A stretch of 64,000 bases of DNA. Source: Candidatus Latescibacterota bacterium (GTDB taxonomy: Bacteria > Latescibacterota > UBA2968 > UBA8231). The notes beneath the pieces are model-generated. The model was not told the origin of the DNA and made no database searches. It saw only the letters and a list, made by a program, of their open reading frames with translations. Every line of letters starts with the position of its first letter. Position 1 is the first letter of the stretch. The translations under genes and the position numbers were made by a program. Below, piece after piece: positions 48,499-57,417 of this stretch. The DNA lies in NCBI GenBank assembly GCA_965223905.1, contig CBDCXV010000011.1, positions 480,001 through 544,000 on the forward strand. Direction: 5' to 3'.

Positions 48499-48532
48499 GG
48501 AGGAGAGAGGGTCGCCCGATCCTCCCTCCTCC
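48499..48532 (+). other. Strong stem-loop without U-tract, copy 1
   Basis: GGAGGAGAGAGGGTCG-CC-CGATCCTCCCTCCTCC. Confidence 0.6.
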
Positions 48533-48580
48533 GTCTTGCTGGCACTTCCAGCTGCTTCGAAGTTCGCGTACCGAAATCAG

Positions 48581-48609
48581 TTGGATTAGCGGATGTTTTT
48601 CATTATAAT
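48581..48609 (+). promoter_or_regulatory. Candidate sigma70 promoter
   Basis: TTGGAT-N17-TATAAT immediately after the repeat ends. Confidence 0.45.
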
Positions 48610-48691
48610 GGCAGGATGCTTTTCTCTGTCCTTGTATTTCAGCCAGGATTAAGACACGGTAGCGCCCCCATTAACCGGCTGGGTTGGTGGG

Positions 48692-50836
48692 TTGGGTTGT
48701 TCGCGGGCGGTCGTTTCGATTCGAGAGCATATGATGGGATCGCGCCGATGTGATGGCCCTGGGGTCCCGCGGCGGGCGCGCGCCAGCACGGTCCGTCGTA
48801 GGCGCTGTAGTGCGCTGCTCTCAAGGTGCGACGGCACTTTTCGCGGCCTCGCGCTGGTTGGCCTGTGCTGCTTCATACCCAAAGCTGCGGACAGCTTTGA
48901 AACCATCGTCGTCGGCGGTGGCTCTGATCCCTGGCAGGAGGGCGGCGACGGCATCGATCCGGAATTCTGGATCGCCCCCCAGGAGGTCGAGGTCGCCAAC
49001 TCCGTGGGCGGAGCCATAGACTTCACCTCCCTCCCCGGCTCGATCCTTCCAGCTTTCATCGACACGACGGAGAATCTCGCGCTCGGAGCGCTGGCCCGCG
49101 GCGGATCCATCAAAGCGCCCAACGTGCTGGAGCAGAGCCGCACCGAGTTGCAGAGGATTCTCGGCGACATCATCGATGGCAGTCCCGGCAAGGCGTTCGA
49201 GCGCAAGAGCACTGATACGCAGCACGTAAACCCCAACGGGATATTCATCGTCCTCGACCTCGGAGGGCGTTTTGGGGTGAACCGAATCCGCTTCTACCCG
49301 CGCAATACGATCCTCGAGAACCCGGGCACACCCTTTCACTTCGATTACCTCCGCGGCTATGAACTCAGCACCAACGATGGATCAGCGGCCACGACTACGG
49401 AAGCCGGGGATCCCGTTTTCGCAGTCCTTCATCGGGAGGATCAGAACAAGGATGCCGTAGTCGATTTCCGCTTCGATCTGCAATTCGTCCGCTATCTCGA
49501 GTTGAAGTCGGTGACGACGGTGGGGTTCGAAATCGATGAACTGGAGGTCTTCGGCAAGGGGTTCGTGCCCGAGGCGGTATTCCTGTCGGACGTCATCGAT
49601 CTCCGCAGGCCCGCACTGTTGGATGCGATCCGGTGGTCGGAAGAGGCGATCGGGGACTCAGCGTTATCCCGATTGCTGATGAGAACCAGGGTGGGCGATG
49701 ACGCCACCCCCCTGGTCTACACCAGGATCATTGAGGGCCTGGGCACGGAGACGCCGCTCTCGGCAAGAACGGGCGAGCCCCTCACCTTGGAGGAGTACGA
49801 CGAGCTCGGAGTGGCGGCAAAAGGACCGGTGAAACCCGACGCCGAAAACTGGAGCCCCTGGTCAGCACCCTACCCCGAGGACGCGGGTAGTGGAACGCAG
49901 ATCGCTTACTCCAGGCCCCGCCGATTCGTCCAGTTCGAGGCTTCGATCCGCAGCAGCCTTGCGGCCACCCGCTCTCTGAGCCTGGTGGAAATGGATTACA
50001 CCATCACTCCTCTGGCTGCCGCTCTAACCGCGGAGATCTTTCCGCGCTCGGTCGAGCCGGCGGTGCCGACACCGTTTACCTACGCCGTGCGAGCCGACTT
50101 GTCTCGCGGCGTGAACTCCGGCTTCGACCGCTTGGTGATTGCCACACCGGAAGCCGTCACTCGGGTGGACAGGATCGAGTTGCGCGACGCAGACGGCATG
50201 GTGGTGGCAGGGCAGGATTTCGGTGATTTTCTGGCCGCGGCGCACCTGCCGTTGCGCCGCGGCGAATTCGGCATAGAGGAACTGCACCGCGATCGTCTGC
50301 ACATCAGTTTTCCGAAGATCACCGTCGACCAGACCCTGCTGCAGGTACAGTTCCACAGCAGCGTATTCCGTCACAGCACCCCGTTCGTGGGACAAGCGTT
50401 GAACAGCGAGCTCCCGGAAGCGAGGCAGCCACTGGAGCCGGGCAATGCAACGGTGTTGGCCGCAGACGATTTGGACAGCTCGTCCGGTCTGGCGGTGGAG
50501 ACCGTCCTGGGAAACCGGTTGATCGCCGCTCTGGTTGCCACACCCAATCCCTTCACTCCAGATGGAGACGGGATCAACGAGGTGACGACGATCTCCTACG
50601 GTATCCTCAAGCTGGATCTCGGCAGGCAGGTGCAGGTAGTCATTTTCGATCTTTCCGGACGCCCCGTGCGTTCGCTCTACGACGGCAACGACAGCAGCGG
50701 AGAGTACCGGTGGGCCTGGGATGGAACGGATGACAGGGGCAAGCTCCTCGTCCCGGGGACTTACCTGTTTCGCGTGTCGGTGGAGGGAGACCTCGAGCAC
50801 CAGCGCGCCGTCGGGGTCATCAATATGGTGTATTGA
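48692..50836 (+). CDS. Secreted protein: discoidin-like domain plus CHU_C/FlgD-Ig C-terminal domain (paralogue A)
   Basis: LDLGGRFGVNRIRFYPR, ELEVFGKGFVPE, WSPWSAPY, PNPFTPDGDGINE, WDGTDDRG...PGTY, ends MVY. True start is probably downstream of 48692. Confidence 0.8.
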   Translation: MGCSRAVVSIREHMMGSRRCDGPGVPRRARASTVRRRRCSALLSRCDGTFRGLALVGLCCFIPKAADSFETIVVGGGSDPWQEGGDGIDPEFWIAPQEVEVANSVGGAIDFTSLPGSILPAFIDTTENLALGALARGGSIKAPNVLEQSRTELQRILGDIIDGSPGKAFERKSTDTQHVNPNGIFIVLDLGGRFGVNRIRFYPRNTILENPGTPFHFDYLRGYELSTNDGSAATTTEAGDPVFAVLHREDQNKDAVVDFRFDLQFVRYLELKSVTTVGFEIDELEVFGKGFVPEAVFLSDVIDLRRPALLDAIRWSEEAIGDSALSRLLMRTRVGDDATPLVYTRIIEGLGTETPLSARTGEPLTLEEYDELGVAAKGPVKPDAENWSPWSAPYPEDAGSGTQIAYSRPRRFVQFEASIRSSLAATRSLSLVEMDYTITPLAAALTAEIFPRSVEPAVPTPFTYAVRADLSRGVNSGFDRLVIATPEAVTRVDRIELRDADGMVVAGQDFGDFLAAAHLPLRRGEFGIEELHRDRLHISFPKITVDQTLLQVQFHSSVFRHSTPFVGQALNSELPEARQPLEPGNATVLAADDLDSSSGLAVETVLGNRLIAALVATPNPFTPDGDGINEVTTISYGILKLDLGRQVQVVIFDLSGRPVRSLYDGNDSSGEYRWAWDGTDDRGKLLVPGTYLFRVSVEGDLEHQRAVGVINMVY

Positions 50837-50854
50837 GTTTCTCCCGGCCGATCT

Positions 50855-53599
50855 TTGAACGATCGGGTCGGGCAGATGCTCGTACCGACACCATCGTGCA
50901 GATGGGAGCGGAAAGTGATAGTACCCTCAGGCAGAGCTCGATGTCCCGTGGCAGGGATCGCAGCGGTACTACTGTTGCTCGTCGACCCCTCGACGGTTGC
51001 TGGCGAGGATTTCGGCAGCCGCCTGGGGGCCCGCCGGGGCGGCGAGTTGACCTTTGTTCCGCAGGGCGCAGGAGTGTTGTTCAGCGCGCTCGATCCGACG
51101 GTCAAGCGCTGGTACGTGCCGCAGGAGTTGTTCAATGAATACCGGTGGAAACAGTGGGAATACTCCAACTTCGCGAGAGATCCGTACGAGCGCTATGTCG
51201 ATATTGCCCTCGAGGGTAACTACTTCTACGATCAGTTCGGTGAATTCGTCTCCAAAGGTTGGCTCATCTACGATTGGCGGCAGACCCAACCGCGCCAGTT
51301 CGGCAACTCCATCTACAAAGACGGTCGCTTCAGCAGCTGGTTCAGTCGGGTGCTCATCTCCGCCGATCGCAAAGACGAGCACCACTTCAGCGTCACCGTC
51401 GGCCAACCGATCCGTACGACATTAACGCCGATGACGTTCTCCAAGGTCGCCTTCGATGGCATTCAGGCGGACTATGCCGCGGACAAGTACCACGCCACGG
51501 TGGTCCTCTCCCGCGTCAACAGTCCCGGATTCACGGGATCGGGTATACCGGTCGAGCAGACCAACAGCACCGTTCTGATGGGCGGACGGGCGACCGCGCA
51601 GGTGGGCGATTTCGCTACCGTCGGCGCGACGTACGTGAATGGGCATCAGGCGCAAACCCTGCATGACAACTTCCTCGAGGACGTGTTCAGCGGCAGCCTC
51701 ACGGTGGACCAGAACGCGATTCCCATCTCGTGGATCGAGATTCACCTCAAAGATGACTCACCTGAAGATGGAGAAGGAGGGGCGACCTATTTCCCAGCTG
51801 GATCAGACATCATCATCACCTACGCCGACGGGGTCGAGGAAGAGGGTGAGTCCTTCGGTTTCACCCCGATCATACAGGGGGGATTTTCCGGTCTGGGGTC
51901 CATCTCAGCAGACGGGGAGGAGACCATCCGGATCCGCTACGACTTTGACAGCCAGGCCTTTCTCACCGGGGCACACGCCGGCAAAGCCGATATCGAGCAG
52001 ATCCGCTTCCGCCTGGTCCTGTCGAATGATTACCAGGTATGGGCCACCTCCAATCGCCAGAGCAACCGCTCAGGACAACCGGTCCTGTTGCTGATCACCC
52101 AGGCCAAAGGCAACGTCAAGGACAACTCCAGCCAACGGCTCGTCGAATTCGAGTACGGCTTGCCCACCAGCAACCAGATCCTGGGGTACACCCTGGAGCT
52201 CCACGATGTTGAGGGCTTTCAGCTCTACTTCGAACACAACATCAATCACCGTTTCCGAAAATACCCCAGTGTCGGACTGCAGTCGCACCCCACGTCGTCG
52301 GGGATCCTGGGAGACGAGTTTGGCGAGGCGTGGATGATCAACCTCTCCCGCCAGAGCTACCCATGGTTCTTCTTCGCCGAGGGCTTCAGCATGGACCCCG
52401 AATACGCGACCGATATCTTCCTCACCAGCGGCAACGGGGTGATGGATTACGAGACGGTGAGATTGGGACGTTTCGAGTTCGTGGATGACAACGATGACCA
52501 GGATAGATTTCCTGACTGGGACCGGGTCTTTGAGCCCCATGAAGACGCGGTTTTCCCGGGCTGGGACGAGAACAACGACTTCGTTTCCGATTTCAATCAG
52601 AATGACAATGATCTGCGTCCGAACCTGATCCCCGACTACGAGGAGCCCTTCCTGCGCATCGACGTCGATCCGCCGGAGTTTCTGTTTGGAATCGATCTGA
52701 ACAACAACGTCTGGATCGATCGCTTCGAGAACGACGAAGCGGCAGACTATCCCTACAAGAAGGACCACCGGGGGTACAACGTTTATGTCGGCACCCACGT
52801 GACTCCCGAAACGAGATTGAGCGTCGGCCAGGTGCGGGATCGTTTGATCTCGTCGAACCAGGAGAATGTCACGACCTACGGTCTGGTCACTCTGGAAAAG
52901 GATCTCGCCGGTTTGGGGAGGCTGCGCCTCTTCGACATGGTCAAGAGGGCCGAGGACGACATTCCGGATCACCTATTGCAGTGGGTCCAACCCTTCGATT
53001 CGCGGGGCGAGCACCAGCAGTTGCGCGATCAACGCCTCGCTCGGCGCACCTGGATCAACACGGCATGGTTGGGCTTCGACTATACGGCCATCCGCCGGTT
53101 CAGGCTGGACACCAAACTCAAATACGAAGTGTATGACCAGCGGGGCGAGAAAAGCGAGATCGATGCGCGGGGGGTCAGACCGAGCGACTATTTCTTCGGC
53201 TTGGTCAACAGGGCGAGCTATGTCTTCCAATTCGGGCGCTTGAGAGTACAACCCAATTGGAAGAGCCTGCTGCGCCTGCAAACCTATGACATACTGCGCG
53301 CCGAGAAACGCCGCGAATGGATGCAGATCTACAACCTGCGTCTCAATTTTCCGCTGCTCTCCGGATCGACGATCGATCTGGGCGTCGAGCACATGCGTTT
53401 CAATGACCTGCGCAAGCAGACCGACGACGACTTCTGGGAAGTCGTTTGGGCAGCCCAGCTTTCGAACACATCCGCCTATCTGGGATATCTGGTGACCATG
53501 AAAACGGGCTTCGACGTCAGCACTCGAAAAGCAGCAGACTCGGACGACACGACCAACATCCTGCAGTCGTTCATCACCATCATCGCCGGCCTGGAGTAA
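50855..53599 (+). CDS. Large secreted, probably outer-membrane beta-barrel protein with D/N-rich Ca-binding-like loops
   Basis: Hydrophobic signal region; many alternating aromatic/polar strands; VDDNDDQDRFPD, WDENNDFVSDFNQNDN, DLNNNVWIDRFEND. Start uncertain. Confidence 0.7.
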   Translation: MNDRVGQMLVPTPSCRWERKVIVPSGRARCPVAGIAAVLLLLVDPSTVAGEDFGSRLGARRGGELTFVPQGAGVLFSALDPTVKRWYVPQELFNEYRWKQWEYSNFARDPYERYVDIALEGNYFYDQFGEFVSKGWLIYDWRQTQPRQFGNSIYKDGRFSSWFSRVLISADRKDEHHFSVTVGQPIRTTLTPMTFSKVAFDGIQADYAADKYHATVVLSRVNSPGFTGSGIPVEQTNSTVLMGGRATAQVGDFATVGATYVNGHQAQTLHDNFLEDVFSGSLTVDQNAIPISWIEIHLKDDSPEDGEGGATYFPAGSDIIITYADGVEEEGESFGFTPIIQGGFSGLGSISADGEETIRIRYDFDSQAFLTGAHAGKADIEQIRFRLVLSNDYQVWATSNRQSNRSGQPVLLLITQAKGNVKDNSSQRLVEFEYGLPTSNQILGYTLELHDVEGFQLYFEHNINHRFRKYPSVGLQSHPTSSGILGDEFGEAWMINLSRQSYPWFFFAEGFSMDPEYATDIFLTSGNGVMDYETVRLGRFEFVDDNDDQDRFPDWDRVFEPHEDAVFPGWDENNDFVSDFNQNDNDLRPNLIPDYEEPFLRIDVDPPEFLFGIDLNNNVWIDRFENDEAADYPYKKDHRGYNVYVGTHVTPETRLSVGQVRDRLISSNQENVTTYGLVTLEKDLAGLGRLRLFDMVKRAEDDIPDHLLQWVQPFDSRGEHQQLRDQRLARRTWINTAWLGFDYTAIRRFRLDTKLKYEVYDQRGEKSEIDARGVRPSDYFFGLVNRASYVFQFGRLRVQPNWKSLLRLQTYDILRAEKRREWMQIYNLRLNFPLLSGSTIDLGVEHMRFNDLRKQTDDDFWEVVWAAQLSNTSAYLGYLVTMKTGFDVSTRKAADSDDTTNILQSFITIIAGLE

Positions 53600-53603
53600 C
53601 CAT

Positions 53604-53653
53604 GGCCGCATTCATTGCCACGGAAAGGAGGTGCAGAGTAAGGTCGTGTGGCC
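53604..53653 (+). promoter_or_regulatory. Candidate hairpin with an unpaired perfect SD (STAB-SD-like), copy 2
   Basis: GGCCGCAT...GAAAGGAGGT...GTGTGGCC, ~80 nt upstream of the ATG. Confidence 0.45.
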
Positions 53654-53691
53654 CTTCCACGCAAGGGAATATTTCATCAATTAACCAGTGA

Positions 53692-53721
53692 GAGCAATCA
53701 TGAAAGGAGCAATCATGAAAG
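53692..53721 (+). repeat. 15-bp tandem duplication spanning the start codon
   Basis: GAGCAATCATGAAAG x2. Confidence 0.9.
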
Positions 53722-54680
53722 CGAAGTATCTGCTCGTAGCAGCGATGGGCCTCATGCTGGGGTTATCGACCAGCGCCTCGGCCCATTCTGCTGTTCAATC
53801 GGCGGACATTTTCGCCGCCGCGTTCCCCGCCGGCACTGAACCCGTGACCGATGGAGATCTGGGTGAGTGGGACTGGATCAGAGAGACCAGTCTCAGAGAC
53901 GTCTACACCCTTACCGCTCCGCAGTTCAACTACCAGGCGCGGGGTGGAAACCTGGATGGCCTCACGGAAGATCTCTTTCCAGCCGGTGACAACACCAATC
54001 TCGAGGACTTCAACTTCAACATGACCCTGGGCTACGGTCCGGGAACCAATATGCTGTACCTGGGGATTGAGATCTTCGACAACGACCACGTGCGCTGGGC
54101 GAACCCCGATAATTTGTGGCAGGAGGACGGCTTCAACCTGTGGTTGGATCCCGACCACGACGATGAGTTCGGCGGCACCAGTGTTCCCCCTCGGGAGTTC
54201 GAGAAAATTATCTTTGCTCCCGAAATTCTGGATGGAGAGAATGCCCGAATCGAGTCCGATGGCGCTGACTGGCACGTTGGTCACGATTCGATGATTTGCT
54301 CCGGCCCGGACACCTGTCACGACGATCGGATATTCGACGTTGCCTTCACTAACGACGGTCCGAAGTACGGAGAAACCATCACTTTCGTCGAAGCGTGGGT
54401 CGAACTCTACAACTACCTGGATCCTGACCGGTCATTGCATGCCTCAGACAGCGACCCCCACATCATGAACCCGGAAGGCGTGATCGGATTCAACATCTAT
54501 TTCCAGGACGTGGATTTTGTAGATGGCGAAATCGCTTACACCAACCGTTACTTCAATACCGAGAATACCGGTGACCCAAACGGGTTCGGGGATGTATTCC
54601 TGGCGCCGCTCGAGGCGGACGCCCCGACGGCCGTCGAATCGACGACCTGGGGTCGAATCAAGGCGGCGAATGTCAACTGA
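53715..54680 (+). CDS. Secreted acidic protein (CBM9/DOMON-like) with C-terminal TWGxIK motif, copy 2
   Basis: Close paralogue of 47432-48397 with identical signal peptide and C-terminus. Confidence 0.8.
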   Translation: MKAKYLLVAAMGLMLGLSTSASAHSAVQSADIFAAAFPAGTEPVTDGDLGEWDWIRETSLRDVYTLTAPQFNYQARGGNLDGLTEDLFPAGDNTNLEDFNFNMTLGYGPGTNMLYLGIEIFDNDHVRWANPDNLWQEDGFNLWLDPDHDDEFGGTSVPPREFEKIIFAPEILDGENARIESDGADWHVGHDSMICSGPDTCHDDRIFDVAFTNDGPKYGETITFVEAWVELYNYLDPDRSLHASDSDPHIMNPEGVIGFNIYFQDVDFVDGEIAYTNRYFNTENTGDPNGFGDVFLAPLEADAPTAVESTTWGRIKAANVN

Positions 54681-54780
54681 AGAGTCCATGGCGAGATGAC
54701 CGGCGGCAACGCATTTCACACCGTGCGGCGCCACGGGATTCTGCCTAGACTCAAAACTGCAACAAGGACATTCACGGTCT

Positions 54781-54814
54781 GGAGGAGAGAGGGTCGCCCG
54801 ATCCTCTCTCCTCC
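54781..54814 (+). other. Strong stem-loop without U-tract, copy 2
   Basis: GGAGGAGAGAGGGTCG-CC-CGATCCTCTCTCCTCC, fully paired. Confidence 0.65.
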
Positions 54815-54858
54815 GTATTGCTGGCACTTCCAGTTGCTTCGAAGCGGGGCGTGAAAAC

Positions 54859-57417
54859 ATGGCGCACCTCAAATATCTGGCTCTGTGGCGGCTGGCCATC
54901 TGCGCTCTGGCTCTGGTGCTGGTCGTCCCGGCGCCATCCCGCGGACAGGGGTACTCCGTTGAGAGCGGCCGCGTGGTCGTAAACACGGCGAGCCACTGGG
55001 AGGACTGGACCCACCCCGAGGGGGTCATCGACATCGCCGACGGTGTGGTAAGACCCTTCTTCATCCGCAAGAGCATCGACGCCGTAGCGAATGCCGCGCA
55101 GTTCGGCGGGGGCATACGTGCCGCCGGCTCAAACCTCCTGCAGGCCGCCAGGATACTGGACCCGGAGCTGAGCACGTTCTGGGAACCGGACAAGGACGCG
55201 CCGCTCGAGGACTGGTGGGTTGAGGTCGACCTCGGACGATTGGTAGTCGCGACGAGGATCGTCGTGCGCTTTGTGGAAGAGGGCATGGGAGATCCGTTCA
55301 ACCGCTTCGCCGTCCTGAGTTCAACGGGGACGGAAGTCTCGGCCGGCGTCCTGCAGTTCGATCCCGTGGGCAAAGCCCTGGCCCGCGGACGGCGGGTATT
55401 CGAGTTCGAGTTGTCTCCCGAACCAGACCCGATGGGATGGACGGGAGAGCCGATTCGCTTCGTACGCCTCGATGTCACGGACAGCCGTCGGGGTCGGGCG
55501 GAACAGATCACCAAGGCACAGTACGAGGCTTTGGCGGCCAATGACCGGGGTGACATTCAGTACCATGTCAGGAGTCTGGCCGGGATAGAAACGCGGGCCA
55601 GCCGCGAGATTTATCAATCCGTGGCGGCGGAGCGCCGGGGCTCGCTGCACTATTTTCGGCGCGAGCGACCGCGCCTGGCCCACGTCGAGGTATGGACCCT
55701 GGGAGACAACATCAGCCTGGGGTGGGAACAGCGCCACGGCCGCGTGGAAGTGGATTTCAGAGGCGGAAACAATCCGACCCATCTCTTCGACGGCGACTTC
55801 GAAACCGGGTGGAGGAGCAAAGCGTGGGTGGGATTCCCGGACCGCTCCAGACTCGAAGTCGATCTGGGCGCCCATTTCTGGGTAGATACCTTTCGCTTGC
55901 TCTTGAGATCCACGTTGCTGGGTTACAGGCTCCAGGGCTCCGATGGTTCCACCGCGCCGGATGGGACGTTGATCTGGCAGGACTTGAGCCCGGACTCGCG
56001 CACGATTCTCAACAACACGGCCAAGCGCTACGAGGAAGGTTTCGCTCCCTTGAAACTGCGTTATCTGGCCTTCCAAACCCTGAACGCGGCAAGGATCAAT
56101 GACGACCATCGGCTCGTCCGCGAGATCCAGCTCTTCGGCGAGGGGTACGTGCCGGAGGTGACTCTTACTTCGGAGCCGATCGAACTGACACAAGCGGGAG
56201 AGCGCACGGCGAGAACGCGAAACCTGACTTCCATCGAATGGACTGCGGTAAACCAACCGGAGACTGACGTGGTGATTCGGACCCAGACGGGCAATGGGTT
56301 GACGCGACAGATCACCTACTACAACACGAAAGGCGAGCCAGTCTCCAAGGAAGAGTACGATAAGATCCCCAGTTTCAGACTGAAGGATACGCGCCTCGAG
56401 ACTACCTTTGTCGAGGATGCAACCTGGAGCAATTGGAGCGAGAGGTACATCCAACCGGGCGAACGCATCAAATCGCCTAGTCCGCGCAAGTTTCTGAAGA
56501 TCGAGACGACGCTGTTGACGGACGATCCAGAGCTCTTTCCGATGTTGGAGGATATCACAGTCCATTTTCGCGATGCTCTGGTGCAAGGCCTCGTCGGTGA
56601 GATCTGGCCGAACCGTGACGTGGAGCCGCTCCTGCCGCATGAATTCGAGCTCTTCATCGCACCGCAGTTCGTCGGACGGGAGGAAGGCTTTGACCAGATC
56701 CTCGTCGAAAGCCCGCCCGGTATAACCATGGAACTGTTGGATCTGAGCATTGGCCAGGAAGCGGATTCTCTGACGACGGCGAGCGAGTTCTCGCCCACGG
56801 ATTCGGGCAGCTTCAGCGACGACGGTGGCCTGGTGGTGGACGTCTTGAGCGATCGCGGCGACTCACTGTGGATCGCTCTACCCGAAGTCCTCGCCACCCG
56901 GGCGCAGGCGGGGTTGGTCCGCCTGCGTTTCAAGGCCAGCGTGTTCTTCCACGGAACCACCTTCGACGTTTCCGTCAGCAACAGCGCGGCCCCGGGTGAG
57001 TGGCAGGGCGTCGATGCGGGGGATGCTACTTCGCTGCGGCCCGGTCAGACCCTCGCGGTCTCTATTCCACTGGAAAGCAGGAGCCTGATCGGCGATGTGA
57101 CGATCCGGCCAAACCCTCTCACGCCCAATGGAGACGGCATCAACGATGAGGCGCGGATCGGGTTTTCCGTCTTGAGGTTGAATGTCTCGAAGGCTGTGGG
57201 CGTTGAGATATACACCCTCTCGGGGTTTCTCGTGAAGGAGTTTTCCCTGCAGCGAGCCATAACCAGCGGCCGCTACGATGAGATCCGCTGGGCGGGCGAT
57301 GATCTGTCCGGCTCTCTGGTTCCTCCGGGGATCTACCTGGCCAGAATCCACGTCGACACGGATGCAGACGATGGTGAGGACGCCACCGCGCACCGCTTGA
57401 TCCATGTGGTGTATTGA
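54859..57417 (+). CDS. Secreted protein: two discoidin-like domains plus CHU_C/FlgD-Ig tail (paralogue B)
   Basis: Signal peptide; WWVEVDLGR, LEVDLGAHF, EIQLFGEGYVPE, WSNWS, SPSPRKF, PNPLTPNGDGINDE, PPGIY, ends VVY. Confidence 0.85.
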   Translation: MAHLKYLALWRLAICALALVLVVPAPSRGQGYSVESGRVVVNTASHWEDWTHPEGVIDIADGVVRPFFIRKSIDAVANAAQFGGGIRAAGSNLLQAARILDPELSTFWEPDKDAPLEDWWVEVDLGRLVVATRIVVRFVEEGMGDPFNRFAVLSSTGTEVSAGVLQFDPVGKALARGRRVFEFELSPEPDPMGWTGEPIRFVRLDVTDSRRGRAEQITKAQYEALAANDRGDIQYHVRSLAGIETRASREIYQSVAAERRGSLHYFRRERPRLAHVEVWTLGDNISLGWEQRHGRVEVDFRGGNNPTHLFDGDFETGWRSKAWVGFPDRSRLEVDLGAHFWVDTFRLLLRSTLLGYRLQGSDGSTAPDGTLIWQDLSPDSRTILNNTAKRYEEGFAPLKLRYLAFQTLNAARINDDHRLVREIQLFGEGYVPEVTLTSEPIELTQAGERTARTRNLTSIEWTAVNQPETDVVIRTQTGNGLTRQITYYNTKGEPVSKEEYDKIPSFRLKDTRLETTFVEDATWSNWSERYIQPGERIKSPSPRKFLKIETTLLTDDPELFPMLEDITVHFRDALVQGLVGEIWPNRDVEPLLPHEFELFIAPQFVGREEGFDQILVESPPGITMELLDLSIGQEADSLTTASEFSPTDSGSFSDDGGLVVDVLSDRGDSLWIALPEVLATRAQAGLVRLRFKASVFFHGTTFDVSVSNSAAPGEWQGVDAGDATSLRPGQTLAVSIPLESRSLIGDVTIRPNPLTPNGDGINDEARIGFSVLRLNVSKAVGVEIYTLSGFLVKEFSLQRAITSGRYDEIRWAGDDLSGSLVPPGIYLARIHVDTDADDGEDATAHRLIHVVY

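Larger units (their letters stand above)
47432..48562 (+). repeat. ~1.13-kb direct repeat, copy 1 (copy 2 at 53715-54844)
   Basis: Gene plus ~165 nt downstream; near-identical at both ends, patchily diverged in the middle. Confidence 0.95.
53715..54844 (+). repeat. ~1.13-kb direct repeat, copy 2
   Basis: Aligns with 47432-48562. Confidence 0.95.

Noticed and set aside
47432-54844. Diversity-generating retroelement TR/VR pair
   Set aside because: Differences are not adenine-specific, both copies are full genes, and no intact reverse transcriptase is in the window.
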